DNA of 64,000 nt. Origin: Candidatus Woesearchaeota archaeon. GTDB taxonomy: Archaea; Nanobdellota; Nanobdellia; Woesearchaeales; GCA-2687795. The notes under the pieces are model-generated. The model saw only the letters and a list, made by a program, of their open reading frames with translations. It was not told where the DNA came from and made no database searches. This document shows, piece after piece, positions 45,189-53,444 of the stretch (the first letter of the stretch is position 1; each line of letters begins with the position of its first letter). The position numbers and the translations under genes were made by a program. The DNA is taken from the NCBI GenBank assembly GCA_002687795.1, contig NZBG01000024.1, positions 4,250-68,249 of the forward strand. The letters run 5' to 3'.

Positions 45189-47800
45189 TATTCCGTGTTT
45201 CCTTCTTCAGAAGGTTTTGGTTCTTCAAATGACTCCTCTTCGAACTCTTCTTCAAAGTCTTCAGACTCTTTTTCTTCGAAAAACTCTTCTTCTTCAAAAG
45301 GTTCCTCATCAAAACCCTCCATCTCTTCAAAGGGTTCTTCTTCAAATTCTTCCTCCTCGAAAAACTCTTCTTCATCTTCTCCAATTTCTTCCCAGTCATC
45401 AAATTCCTCTCCTTCTAGACCTCCTTCCAGTTCATTTATTTCACTATATAAGTCTTCAATCTGCTCCTCCTGGAACTGGTCATTCAAAGAGCTGCATGCA
45501 TCATCTCCAACATAATTATCGCTCTCATCAAAGCAGTAATCAGGAGCTGTCCCATGATCAACTTCACCCTGGAAGAACTCTTCGTGCAATGCGCTGCATG
45601 CGTCATTTCCTATATACTCACCATCCTCATAACAATAATCAGGAGGCCCTCCTTCTCCTGGCCCTCCTTCACCGCCAGGACCTCCCCTCTCATCATTCCT
45701 TCTACTACACTCTTCATCACCAACATATTCCCCACTTTCATCAAAGCAGTATTCAGGAGCAGTTCCAAATTTTCCTTCGCCTCCATACAACTCTTCTATT
45801 ATAACTGCGCATTTCAATTCTCCTATAAATCCCATCCCTTCTCCTTCAAAGCATTCATCAGGTGATGCGCCATACCTCTCTTTCATCATATTATGGCACT
45901 CTTCCCAGTTGCTTGCGCCAAGGCTAACACACCCTGGATCAATCCTTTTCATACATTCCTCATCACCAACATACCATCCAATTTCATCCAGGCACTCTGG
46001 AGGTGAAGGCCCAAATTCACCTTCTTCTCCTTCTTCACCCCAGCCCATTATACCTGCGCATTCTTCATGGCCAATAAACATATCTCCTTCCACGCACTCA
46101 TCAGGATGGGCTCCAGCATATTCTACTCCTGTCAGTTGCTTGCAATAATCTCCCCCTATGTATTGCCCTTCTCTAAAGCATTCTTCTGGGGGCCTTCCCA
46201 TCATATCCCACATTGCCTCCTCACATGCATGCATTCCAATATACTGTCCATTATCCATGCATTCCCTTGGCATTGTGTTGGAATCTCCTCCCTCATCACC
46301 CCACATGCCTTCACAGTCATCAAATGTTGTTCCCCCAGCTTCAGCGCATTCAGGGTTTATTGCAGCAATGCATTCTTCATCTCCGATGTAATTATCATTT
46401 TCATCAAGGCATTCTGGTGGTGTTGGGCCATATATATCACCCATGATTTCCTCGCATTCTTCTTTTGAATAGGCACCAGCTTCTTTGCATTCAGGGGGTA
46501 GTATTATTTCCATGCATTCTTCTTCTGTGGTTGCTCCAGCTTCTAGACATTCAGGAGGCAGCATAATTTCCATCATAATTTCCTTGCATTCTTCTCTTGA
46601 ATAGGCACCAGCATCTTTGCATTCTTGCGGCAGCATTATGTCCATGCACTCTTGCTCTCCTATAAAAATGCCGTCTTCATCAAGGCACTGCAGTGGAGTA
46701 GGGCCATATATCTCAACCATAATTTCCTCGCACTCCATTGGACCTATAAACTCGCCATTCTCCATACATTCATCAGGCGGAGACCCATAAATTTCAAACA
46801 TCAGTTCCTCGCATTCTTCTTGTGTAGTTAGGCCTTCTCTCACGCATTCAGGAGGCATAAAATCATCAAACATCTCTCTTTCTTTTTCTCTTACATGCTC
46901 TGTAAATTCTTTATCTTCAAACCCTTCAGGCATTTCTATTGTATCTAGCTCATCACAAGCCCTTTGATTAAATTCAAACTCGCATTCAATTGCTAAAGGG
47001 ACAGCCTTTTCGCACACTTTTCTATGGCTTTTAACAGGTATCTTGCTGCAATCGCACTCTCTTGGATCAATAAAGCATTGTGCCATTCCATCCATAATTC
47101 CTTCTTTTGCTTTTTCTTCCCTGTCTTTTAGATCATCCCCTATATATTCATCCAGCCAGTCAAGGGCATTATCAATATCACATCTTGGCTCTGCTTCCAT
47201 TAGCTTCCAGTCCTGCAAAGCAAGTTTTTCGCATAAATTCTGGATTTTTGCAGCAAGCTCAACTGCCATCTTATTTTTATCTGCCTGTGTGCTTTGCGCA
47301 TCAATCATACTTTTAACTTCATCCCAGTCAGCTGGCATTGATTCTTCCATCTCCTTTAATATCGCATTAATAGCAGCCATCCTTTCATTTGTTTCGTTTT
47401 GTAAATCAGGGCTTGCTTCCTGTTCTATAATTGTAGAAATATTATGTGCTCTTGCCAAAGCTTTCTTAGTTTCATCTGGTTTATTCTTATCAACCATTAG
47501 CTTTGCTTCTGCAACCTTTTCTTCAGTAACCTTTAAGGCAAACTCTGCCTTATCCTTCCCCTTCTTTAAGGTAAGCCTGACATCATCTATAAACGTGTCA
47601 ACAACATAAAGTGGGCTGTCAGGAGTTATGCCTGCCTTATTTTCTATGATTTCTTCCTCAATAAACATTTCCTCGTCTTCAAAATCCTCAAAAGCACTTT
47701 CATCAAGAGTAGCCTCTCTGGCAAACATATCATCCTGCGCATAAACAATACCAATACATAGAATTAATATTAATAAGAACCATTTCTCCATTTTTCTCAT
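45188..47800 (-). CDS. Large secreted acidic protein: DUF5667-like helical N-domain, about 17 two-cysteine modules, poly-E/F tail
   Basis: 870 aa. Signal peptide MRKMEKWFLLILILCIGIVYA/QDD. ITPDSPLYVVDTFIDDVRLTL...KVTEEKVAEAK resembles the PxSPLY...ERLAEA module. Residues about 316-770 hold interleaved PPEC.EAGA..EEC and P.EC.D..G.[FY][IV]G..EC units. The tail is EEEFFEEEEFEEEPFEEMEGFDEEPFEEEEFFEE. Confidence 0.7.
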   Translation of the reverse strand: MRKMEKWFLLILILCIGIVYAQDDMFAREATLDESAFEDFEDEEMFIEEEIIENKAGITPDSPLYVVDTFIDDVRLTLKKGKDKAEFALKVTEEKVAEAKLMVDKNKPDETKKALARAHNISTIIEQEASPDLQNETNERMAAINAILKEMEESMPADWDEVKSMIDAQSTQADKNKMAVELAAKIQNLCEKLALQDWKLMEAEPRCDIDNALDWLDEYIGDDLKDREEKAKEGIMDGMAQCFIDPRECDCSKIPVKSHRKVCEKAVPLAIECEFEFNQRACDELDTIEMPEGFEDKEFTEHVREKEREMFDDFMPPECVREGLTTQEECEELMFEIYGSPPDECMENGEFIGPMECEEIMVEIYGPTPLQCLDEDGIFIGEQECMDIMLPQECKDAGAYSREECKEIMMEIMLPPECLEAGATTEEECMEIILPPECKEAGAYSKEECEEIMGDIYGPTPPECLDENDNYIGDEECIAAINPECAEAGGTTFDDCEGMWGDEGGDSNTMPRECMDNGQYIGMHACEEAMWDMMGRPPEECFREGQYIGGDYCKQLTGVEYAGAHPDECVEGDMFIGHEECAGIMGWGEEGEEGEFGPSPPECLDEIGWYVGDEECMKRIDPGCVSLGASNWEECHNMMKERYGASPDECFEGEGMGFIGELKCAVIIEELYGGEGKFGTAPEYCFDESGEYVGDEECSRRNDERGGPGGEGGPGEGGPPDYCYEDGEYIGNDACSALHEEFFQGEVDHGTAPDYCFDESDNYVGDDACSSLNDQFQEEQIEDLYSEINELEGGLEGEEFDDWEEIGEDEEEFFEEEEFEEEPFEEMEGFDEEPFEEEEFFEEKESEDFEEEFEEESFEEPKPSEEGNTE

Positions 47801-47839
47801 TTTTTAACACCTCTTTTTGTAACAATAAATTAGACTTTG

Positions 47840-47861
47840 CAGTATACTAATATGTATACTG
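47840..47861. promoter_or_regulatory. 8-bp inverted repeat between the TATA-like box and SD of the 870-aa gene (operator candidate)
   Basis: cagtatac taatat gtatactg. On the minus strand it is preceded by tttatatgcc (rc of 47861-47870) and followed by agaggtg, 8 nt before ATG 47800. Confidence 0.4.
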
Positions 47862-47886
47862 GCATATAAATGTTTTTATTAGAAGT

Positions 47887-49596
47887 CTATAAGCCTAATT
47901 CAACATCCTGTTCATACTTTTTCCTAAACTTCAAGGCATGCTCAGCCTTCTGCAGTTCCCTGCCAAGATAGATTGCATGGTCAGTCTTATAAATCTGCCC
48001 AACATGAGAAATCTTCAAACCGATATCCAAGGCAGTCTTCCCTTCAAACCTCTCAAGCTCCTGATTACTCTCTTTATCAACATGGGTAAGCACAATATTA
48101 TTATCTTTTACCTCAATAACATAATTCCCTCTTGCATCATTGTAATCAATCTTCTGTTTTCTAAACTTAGCAAGCGTATCCTCAACCTGCTGATAATAAT
48201 GATTATAGATATGCGCGCTTCCTGAAGTGATAGTAAGAATTCCAGGCTTAACTCCTATTTCATCAGCAATCCTTTTCTGTATTGCAGCGCATCCATAAGC
48301 ATTCTCAGGCCAGCCCTGAGTCATGTCATGGCTTCTGAAGAACACAAACAGGTTAAGCTTTTCATCATGAATCAATGCCTGTAGGAATACAAGGCATGGG
48401 CTGCTCTTATGCTTTCTCATCAGCTCATCCTGGGCATGCCATGTAATTGCCACAACATTCTTTGACTTAGGGTCTCTCTTAAGAACCTCAATCATATCCT
48501 GCAGTTGGTCAATCTCACAGCATTCCTTTCCAAGCTTGTTTTTCTTATAAATTAGATTTGCATCTAAATGTGAACCTTGGCCAAACTCAAAATCCTTATA
48601 CTCCTTAGAACTAACCAACTCCTTGATTTCCTCAGCAGAAGGATAATAATAAGCCCTCAGCTTATTCCCATAAGTATAAGCCTTGCCTTCAGGCAGTATA
48701 GGAGACAAAATCTCTTTCTTATAAGCCTCAATCTTTTCATTTGTTAATGGAACAAGGAAAGGGTTATATGATAAATCAATGTTCTGCGGGTCATGTATAA
48801 CAGCAACCATATTATTGATTTCTTTGATCCACCTGTCAGTCTCTGCATTCATAAGGTTATCCTTTCCATACCTATAGATATTATGTATGATCTCAACCCA
48901 GGTTTCAGGAATTGTACTGCAATGCACAACCAAAGGTCCCCCTTCATATTGCATAGCAACCTTTGACTTTTCATATTCAAAGGTGTATGGCTGCTCAATA
49001 AAAGGCTCTTTCCTCTCAAGCATCCTAATCAAGTCGTTTGCTTTCTCAATCTTCTCCTCAAAGCTTGCATCAGGCATATCCTTATTCAAATCAATAAGCT
49101 TTACATTATCTTTAACCTTCATAACCATCTCAGTAGGAATATTCTTATCAATATACACAGAATTCTCAAACCCTGGAACCTTTCTGTTTTCATCAATGCC
49201 TTTTTCAAAGAAAGCCCTTAATGCATTAGCGCTTGTAAGCTCAACCCCTTCATCACTCTTAGCAGTGCCATCTCCGGACTTGGAAGAATACTCCTCACCC
49301 AGCATTATGATATATCTTATGTAAGGATTGCCTAAAATATTCCTTAACATCCCTGTAAGTCCTGATGGTGTGTAAAAGTTAGTGGCAATCGCAAGATTCT
49401 CCTTATCAAGCCTGGGAATAACAGCGTCCCTCATAGTCCATAAGAAAGTCACAGCAACATTAGGCAAATCAGAAGCATTGTTTTTTCCTGATTCCTTAAA
49501 CAGATGATAAGCAACCCTGTCCTTGACAGCAACAGGCCAGCCAAGACTGCCATCACTGCCTTTTAAGACCTTAATATCATCAATATTCAGGCTCAT
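47887..49596 (-). CDS. Thymidylate-synthase (ThyA)-family enzyme with a long N-terminal MtrA-like extension
   Basis: 569 aa. The C-terminal half has ThyA signatures: KSSPCLVFLQ (catalytic Cys), FFRSHD, GWPENAYG, SGSAHIYNHY. The N-terminal 200 aa (GWPVAV..., NILGNPYIRYIIMLGEE, ANALRAFFEKGIDENRKVPGF, VKLIDLN) parallel MtrA as I recall it (GWP..., NPNIRYLLVTGSE, SLHANGVKDNRISGA, VDVVNLL). Confidence 0.65.
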   Translation of the reverse strand: MSLNIDDIKVLKGSDGSLGWPVAVKDRVAYHLFKESGKNNASDLPNVAVTFLWTMRDAVIPRLDKENLAIATNFYTPSGLTGMLRNILGNPYIRYIIMLGEEYSSKSGDGTAKSDEGVELTSANALRAFFEKGIDENRKVPGFENSVYIDKNIPTEMVMKVKDNVKLIDLNKDMPDASFEEKIEKANDLIRMLERKEPFIEQPYTFEYEKSKVAMQYEGGPLVVHCSTIPETWVEIIHNIYRYGKDNLMNAETDRWIKEINNMVAVIHDPQNIDLSYNPFLVPLTNEKIEAYKKEILSPILPEGKAYTYGNKLRAYYYPSAEEIKELVSSKEYKDFEFGQGSHLDANLIYKKNKLGKECCEIDQLQDMIEVLKRDPKSKNVVAITWHAQDELMRKHKSSPCLVFLQALIHDEKLNLFVFFRSHDMTQGWPENAYGCAAIQKRIADEIGVKPGILTITSGSAHIYNHYYQQVEDTLAKFRKQKIDYNDARGNYVIEVKDNNIVLTHVDKESNQELERFEGKTALDIGLKISHVGQIYKTDHAIYLGRELQKAEHALKFRKKYEQDVELGL

Positions 49597-49665
49597 TTTA
49601 TAATCAGGAAAAATCAGAATTATTTAAATAAAGTTGTGATGGAAAATATATAAAATAGAATTGTT

Positions 49666-50157
49666 TTATTCATCCTTATACTTAACCAAAGGAACCAGCT
49701 CTTCGCTCAGAACTTCACCGGAAGAGCTGTCAATCTTAACATTCAGTGTGGATAAGGCGCTGGTGATATATGTAATGTTCCATACCTGTCCTATACCAAG
49801 CTTCTGCAGTATAACAATGATCTTTGTAGAATCAACCTTATACTTCTCTGCCCTTAATTTGTTTGTAATCCCCAATGCTTCCTCAAGGCTTACCTTAACC
49901 TTATCAAGCTCAAGCCCAAAAACATCTGTTTCCTCTTTCTTAAAAACCTCCTGTTCAGGTATTATCTCCATATTATTCTCAGTCAGCTTAAAGGTTGTAA
50001 TATTATCCTTTTTCTTACTATAATAACCAGCCTGCCATTCTTCTTCTCCCGGGAGAATCTTAAACAGGTATGAAAGAAAGCTCTCTTTATTCTTCTTTCT
50101 CCATTCATTGAACTCAGGGAATTTCTCCAGTTTCTTAGGGATTTCTTCAGGTTTCAT
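49666..50157 (-). CDS. Hypothetical protein, weak PepSY-like C-terminal half
   Basis: 163 aa. EEALGITNKLRAEKY...VWNITYITSALSTLNVKIDSSSGEVL. Confidence 0.35.
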   Translation of the reverse strand: MKPEEIPKKLEKFPEFNEWRKKNKESFLSYLFKILPGEEEWQAGYYSKKKDNITTFKLTENNMEIIPEQEVFKKEETDVFGLELDKVKVSLEEALGITNKLRAEKYKVDSTKIIVILQKLGIGQVWNITYITSALSTLNVKIDSSSGEVLSEELVPLVKYKDE

Positions 50158-51130
50158 TTAACTTATCAAGCTCCTTTTTCAAATCATGCTCAAGCCTTGC
50201 GCCAACCTGCTCCACTACTTTTGCGCCAAAATAAGAGCCTATCTTACCGCATTTTTCTATATCATAATCTTTGCATAACCCATATAAAAAACCTGCAGCA
50301 AAAATATCGCCTGCCCCAGTGGTATCAACAGCATTAGCTTTGAATGCATTTACTTTATGGGTGTTTCCTTTATGTTTGATAATAGAACCTTTATCTCCCA
50401 GCTTTACAACAGCAGTCTCAACCTCTTCAGCTATCTTATGCAGAGCCTCTTCAGGCTCTAAGCCAGTGAATGTCTTTGCTTCTTCTTCATTAGCAAAAAC
50501 AATGTCTGTGTAATCTCTTATTATTTTCTTAAAATCTTCAAGGTTCCTTCTTATTAATGCAGGGTCGCTTAAATCAAGTGAGACCTTAACATTATTCTTT
50601 TTAGCAATATCCATTGCATGAATACAGGCTTCTTTAAGAGCAGGGTCTTCTAACATATACGCTTCTATATGCAGTATTTTGCTTTCAGCTATCTCCTCTT
50701 CCCTGATATGTTCCTTTCTAAGCTCTAAAGCTGCGCCAAGATGTGTTGCAAATGTTCTCTCGCTGTCATCTGTTATAAAGGTTATAACATGCCCTGTCTT
50801 TCTGTTGTTTCTGGTAACATGTGGTATGATTCCATCCTTTACAAGATCATTTTCAAATGAGTTTCCATGTTCATCATGACCAATAACACCGCAGAATGCA
50901 GATTTCCCGCCAAGCTTTGCCAGGCCAACAGCAACATTAACAGCTGAACCACCTGGAGAGGTTTTGATTACCTTATCCTTGATCCCTTCTGTTAACCTTA
51001 TCGAATGCTCTTCATTAACAAGGTGCATTTCTCCCTTTTTGAGACTTAAAGCTGCTAAATTCTCATGCCCAGTTTCAGTAAAAATGTCCATCAAAGGGCT
51101 TCCGATTGCATAAATATCATATTTTTTCAT
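50147..51130 (-). CDS. PfkB-family sugar/nucleoside kinase
   Basis: 327 aa. GGSAVNVAVGLAKLG and VDTTGAGDIFAAGFLYG (anion-hole/ATP motif). Confidence 0.8.
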   Translation of the reverse strand: MKKYDIYAIGSPLMDIFTETGHENLAALSLKKGEMHLVNEEHSIRLTEGIKDKVIKTSPGGSAVNVAVGLAKLGGKSAFCGVIGHDEHGNSFENDLVKDGIIPHVTRNNRKTGHVITFITDDSERTFATHLGAALELRKEHIREEEIAESKILHIEAYMLEDPALKEACIHAMDIAKKNNVKVSLDLSDPALIRRNLEDFKKIIRDYTDIVFANEEEAKTFTGLEPEEALHKIAEEVETAVVKLGDKGSIIKHKGNTHKVNAFKANAVDTTGAGDIFAAGFLYGLCKDYDIEKCGKIGSYFGAKVVEQVGARLEHDLKKELDKLNET

Positions 51131-51645
51131 CTTGAGTACACAACAAACATATTTCCATTAACCTCGATTATCTTCCTTTTGTCCATGCTTTTGATTAAGG
51201 AGTAAGGCCCGGTCAGGATTAGCTTGCCTTTTAGCTCTTTAGCCAGCTTTCTCTCAAATTTATAGTCCAAACTGCCGGGAAAGCAATATATTATATCAAA
51301 CTTGCTGATGTCAAGCTCATAAAAGTCTTTGTTAATGAAGTTACAGTTTAGCTTTAATTCATCTTTAATCTTTAGGCTTGTTTCATAAAGCCCTTTATCA
51401 GCCTCTACCCCGGTCGCGTTTGTGAACAGGCTTGCGATTGCAGTAACCCTTCCATCGCCTGAGCCTAAGTCAAGGAAATTATTGCAATGCCTTAACCTTA
51501 GCTTCTTAAACAGCTCAAACACCTCTTCACATATAGATATTCCCCAGTAACCAGCTGATGTATCTTTTACAGGAAAACCTCCTTTTTTTAAGAAAGAATC
51601 CGTATATTCCCTGTACTTTTGGAAAACAAGAGAAACTTCGTTCAT
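51127..51645 (-). CDS. Class I SAM-dependent methyltransferase
   Basis: 172 aa. Motif I FLDLGSGDGRVTAIA, followed by GVEAD. 4-nt overlaps with both neighbours. Confidence 0.65.
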   Translation of the reverse strand: MNEVSLVFQKYREYTDSFLKKGGFPVKDTSAGYWGISICEEVFELFKKLRLRHCNNFLDLGSGDGRVTAIASLFTNATGVEADKGLYETSLKIKDELKLNCNFINKDFYELDISKFDIIYCFPGSLDYKFERKLAKELKGKLILTGPYSLIKSMDKRKIIEVNGNMFVVYSR

Positions 51646-52212
51646 TTACTTTTTTTCTTCCTTTTGTTCAGGTTTATTTTCTTCTTTTGGTTCTTCTTGT
51701 TTAGGCTCTTCCTTCTTTGGGGTTTCTTCAGGCTTTTGTTCCTTTGGCGCTTCCTTTGCTTCTGGTTTCTTTTCTTCTTTTTTCTCTTCTTTAGTTTCTT
51801 TTTCAGGAGCTTTTTCCTCTTTCTTCTCTCCTTCTTTGCTTCCAAACACATCAGCCAGCTTCTTACTTCCTGCCTTTACAACATTCAGGTTTATTTGAGA
51901 GATATTAGCATGAACCGTGTTCCCGCAAACGGTTTTTCTCTGTTTTATGCCTTTTTCTTTCTTTTTCAGGCCAACACCGCTAACAGCTAATATCTTTTTC
52001 CTTGCTGAGCCTCTTACATCCCTTCTCATAGGAAAGCCTGATGAATCAGAACCACCGGTTATTAGCAGTTCATAGCCTGTAAGATTGATTATTTCTCCCT
52101 TTATTTTATCGCCTATTGATTTCCCGATAAATGTCTTGCTATCAGGCTCGTTTATGACTGTTTGATAGCTTTTACCGGTTTTCTCTGATATTGTAAGCTT
52201 GAAATCTACCAT
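51646..52212 (-). CDS. rps6e: 30S ribosomal protein S6e with a K/E/P-rich C-terminal extension
   Basis: MVDFKLTISEKTGKSYQ..., GYELLITGGSDSSGFPMRRDVRGSARKKIL, KGIKQRKTVCGN. The last 65 aa are (K/E/P) low complexity. Confidence 0.85.
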   Translation of the reverse strand: MVDFKLTISEKTGKSYQTVINEPDSKTFIGKSIGDKIKGEIINLTGYELLITGGSDSSGFPMRRDVRGSARKKILAVSGVGLKKKEKGIKQRKTVCGNTVHANISQINLNVVKAGSKKLADVFGSKEGEKKEEKAPEKETKEEKKEEKKPEAKEAPKEQKPEETPKKEEPKQEEPKEENKPEQKEEKK

Positions 52213-52263
52213 TGTATATCACCATACATAGAAATTGAATGTTCATTTAAATAGTTTTGGGAT

Positions 52264-52587
52264 TTACCACCATTTGAGCAGGGTATCAGGCTTGCATGTT
52301 TTAACCTGTTTATTGAAGAATGGGTAAATCCTGCAGTTATCAGGCCTTAGCTTATAGATCCCGCACAAGTACTTGTCACCCTTATTATAAGAAAAGATGC
52401 ATCTATTGTTCACCCTTTTCATGCTGTCTTTTATAACAGAATCAGGCTCCATGGGATCTTCTACAAGAAAGGATTCTTTCTTATGCCCTGCTTTCTCTAT
52501 CCTTTTGATATCGTCCTTGGAAACCTTGACAATCAGCTTGCAGCATTCACCGCAGTGCTTGCATTTGAAGCTTCTTTTGGTTGGCAT
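52264..52587 (-). CDS. YkgJ-family cysteine-cluster (zinc/iron-chelating) protein
   Basis: 107 aa. CKHCGECCKL ... CIF...CGIYKLRPDNCRIYPF. Confidence 0.65.
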   Translation of the reverse strand: MPTKRSFKCKHCGECCKLIVKVSKDDIKRIEKAGHKKESFLVEDPMEPDSVIKDSMKRVNNRCIFSYNKGDKYLCGIYKLRPDNCRIYPFFNKQVKTCKPDTLLKWW

Positions 52588-52643
52588 GAGAAATAACTTA
52601 GCATAATTAATATTTAAGTTAATCGGATTTTAGAATTATAAGC

Positions 52644-53402
52644 CTATTTCTTTGTCATGCTTTTAATATATTCCAATAGTTCCATAGGCACAGGCATTAT
52701 AATGGTGCTGTTCTTCTCTGATGAGATATCGCTCATTGTCTGGAACAATCTTAACTGTAAAGCTGCTGGTTCTGATCCAATAGTTTTACCTGCATCTGCA
52801 AGCTTTTGAGCAGCCTGCTGCTCTCCTGTTGCGAGAATAATCCTTGCTCTTCTATCTCTTTCAGATTCCGCCTGATGAGCCATAGCCCTTTTCATAGTCT
52901 CTGGCAGCTCGATATCCTTAATCTCTATCTTCTTAACCTTGATACCCCAGGGATCAGTATCCTTATCAACAATAGTCTGTATCTTACTGGAGATATCTTC
53001 TCTCTTCTGCAGGATTTCATCAAGCTCAAACTCGCCAACAATATTTCTCATAGTTGTCTGAGCTAACTGGCTAACTGCATAGCCAAAATGCTCAACCTCA
53101 ATAACAGCCTTCTCAGCAAACTCCACCTTATAATAAAGCACTGCATTAACCTTTAGGCTCACATTATCCTTAGAAACGCATTCCTGACTTGGCACATCAA
53201 CAGCCTTAATCCTCATATCAATCCTGTCCCAGGTCTGGATTACCGGAATAACAATCTTCAGCCCTGGCTTAAGGACGCCAGAAAACTTGCCTAATGTAAA
53301 AAGAACGCCCCTTTCATACTGCTTAACAATCTTTAGGCTTGCTAATATGATTAGAACAATAGCAACAAGAATTGTATACCATAGGTTGGCAAAAAGAATC
53401 AT
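52644..53402 (-). CDS. SPFH/band-7 (stomatin/prohibitin-like) membrane protein
   Basis: 252 aa. N-terminal TM, IVKQYERGVLFTLGKFSGVLKPGL, AEKAVIEVE, and a coiled C-terminal region with EAERDRRA-like QAESERDRRARIIL. Confidence 0.85.
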   Translation of the reverse strand: MILFANLWYTILVAIVLIILASLKIVKQYERGVLFTLGKFSGVLKPGLKIVIPVIQTWDRIDMRIKAVDVPSQECVSKDNVSLKVNAVLYYKVEFAEKAVIEVEHFGYAVSQLAQTTMRNIVGEFELDEILQKREDISSKIQTIVDKDTDPWGIKVKKIEIKDIELPETMKRAMAHQAESERDRRARIILATGEQQAAQKLADAGKTIGSEPAALQLRLFQTMSDISSEKNSTIIMPVPMELLEYIKSMTKK

Positions 53403-53444
53403 TTTAGAAAAGGTAAGGCAAGGTTGTTAATATAATTTATGTTT

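Noticed and set aside
45195-47609. Series of plus-strand ORFs (106, 195, 103, 79, 133, 77, 77, 68, 188, 69 aa) and the minus-strand 79-aa ORF at 45163
   Set aside because: All lie inside the 870-aa Cys-repeat gene in other frames or the other strand. Their S/P/H-rich or K-rich low complexity mirrors the E/D/C-rich coding frame.
48990-49596. Interpreting the MtrA-like domain as evidence of methanogenesis
   Set aside because: No other mtr, mcr or methanogenesis genes are visible. The domain is fused to a ThyA-type enzyme and lacks a C-terminal membrane anchor.
51619-51990. Plus-strand 123-aa F/L-rich ORF and minus-strand 69-aa K-rich ORF
   Set aside because: Both are alternative readings of the K/E/P low-complexity tail of rps6e.
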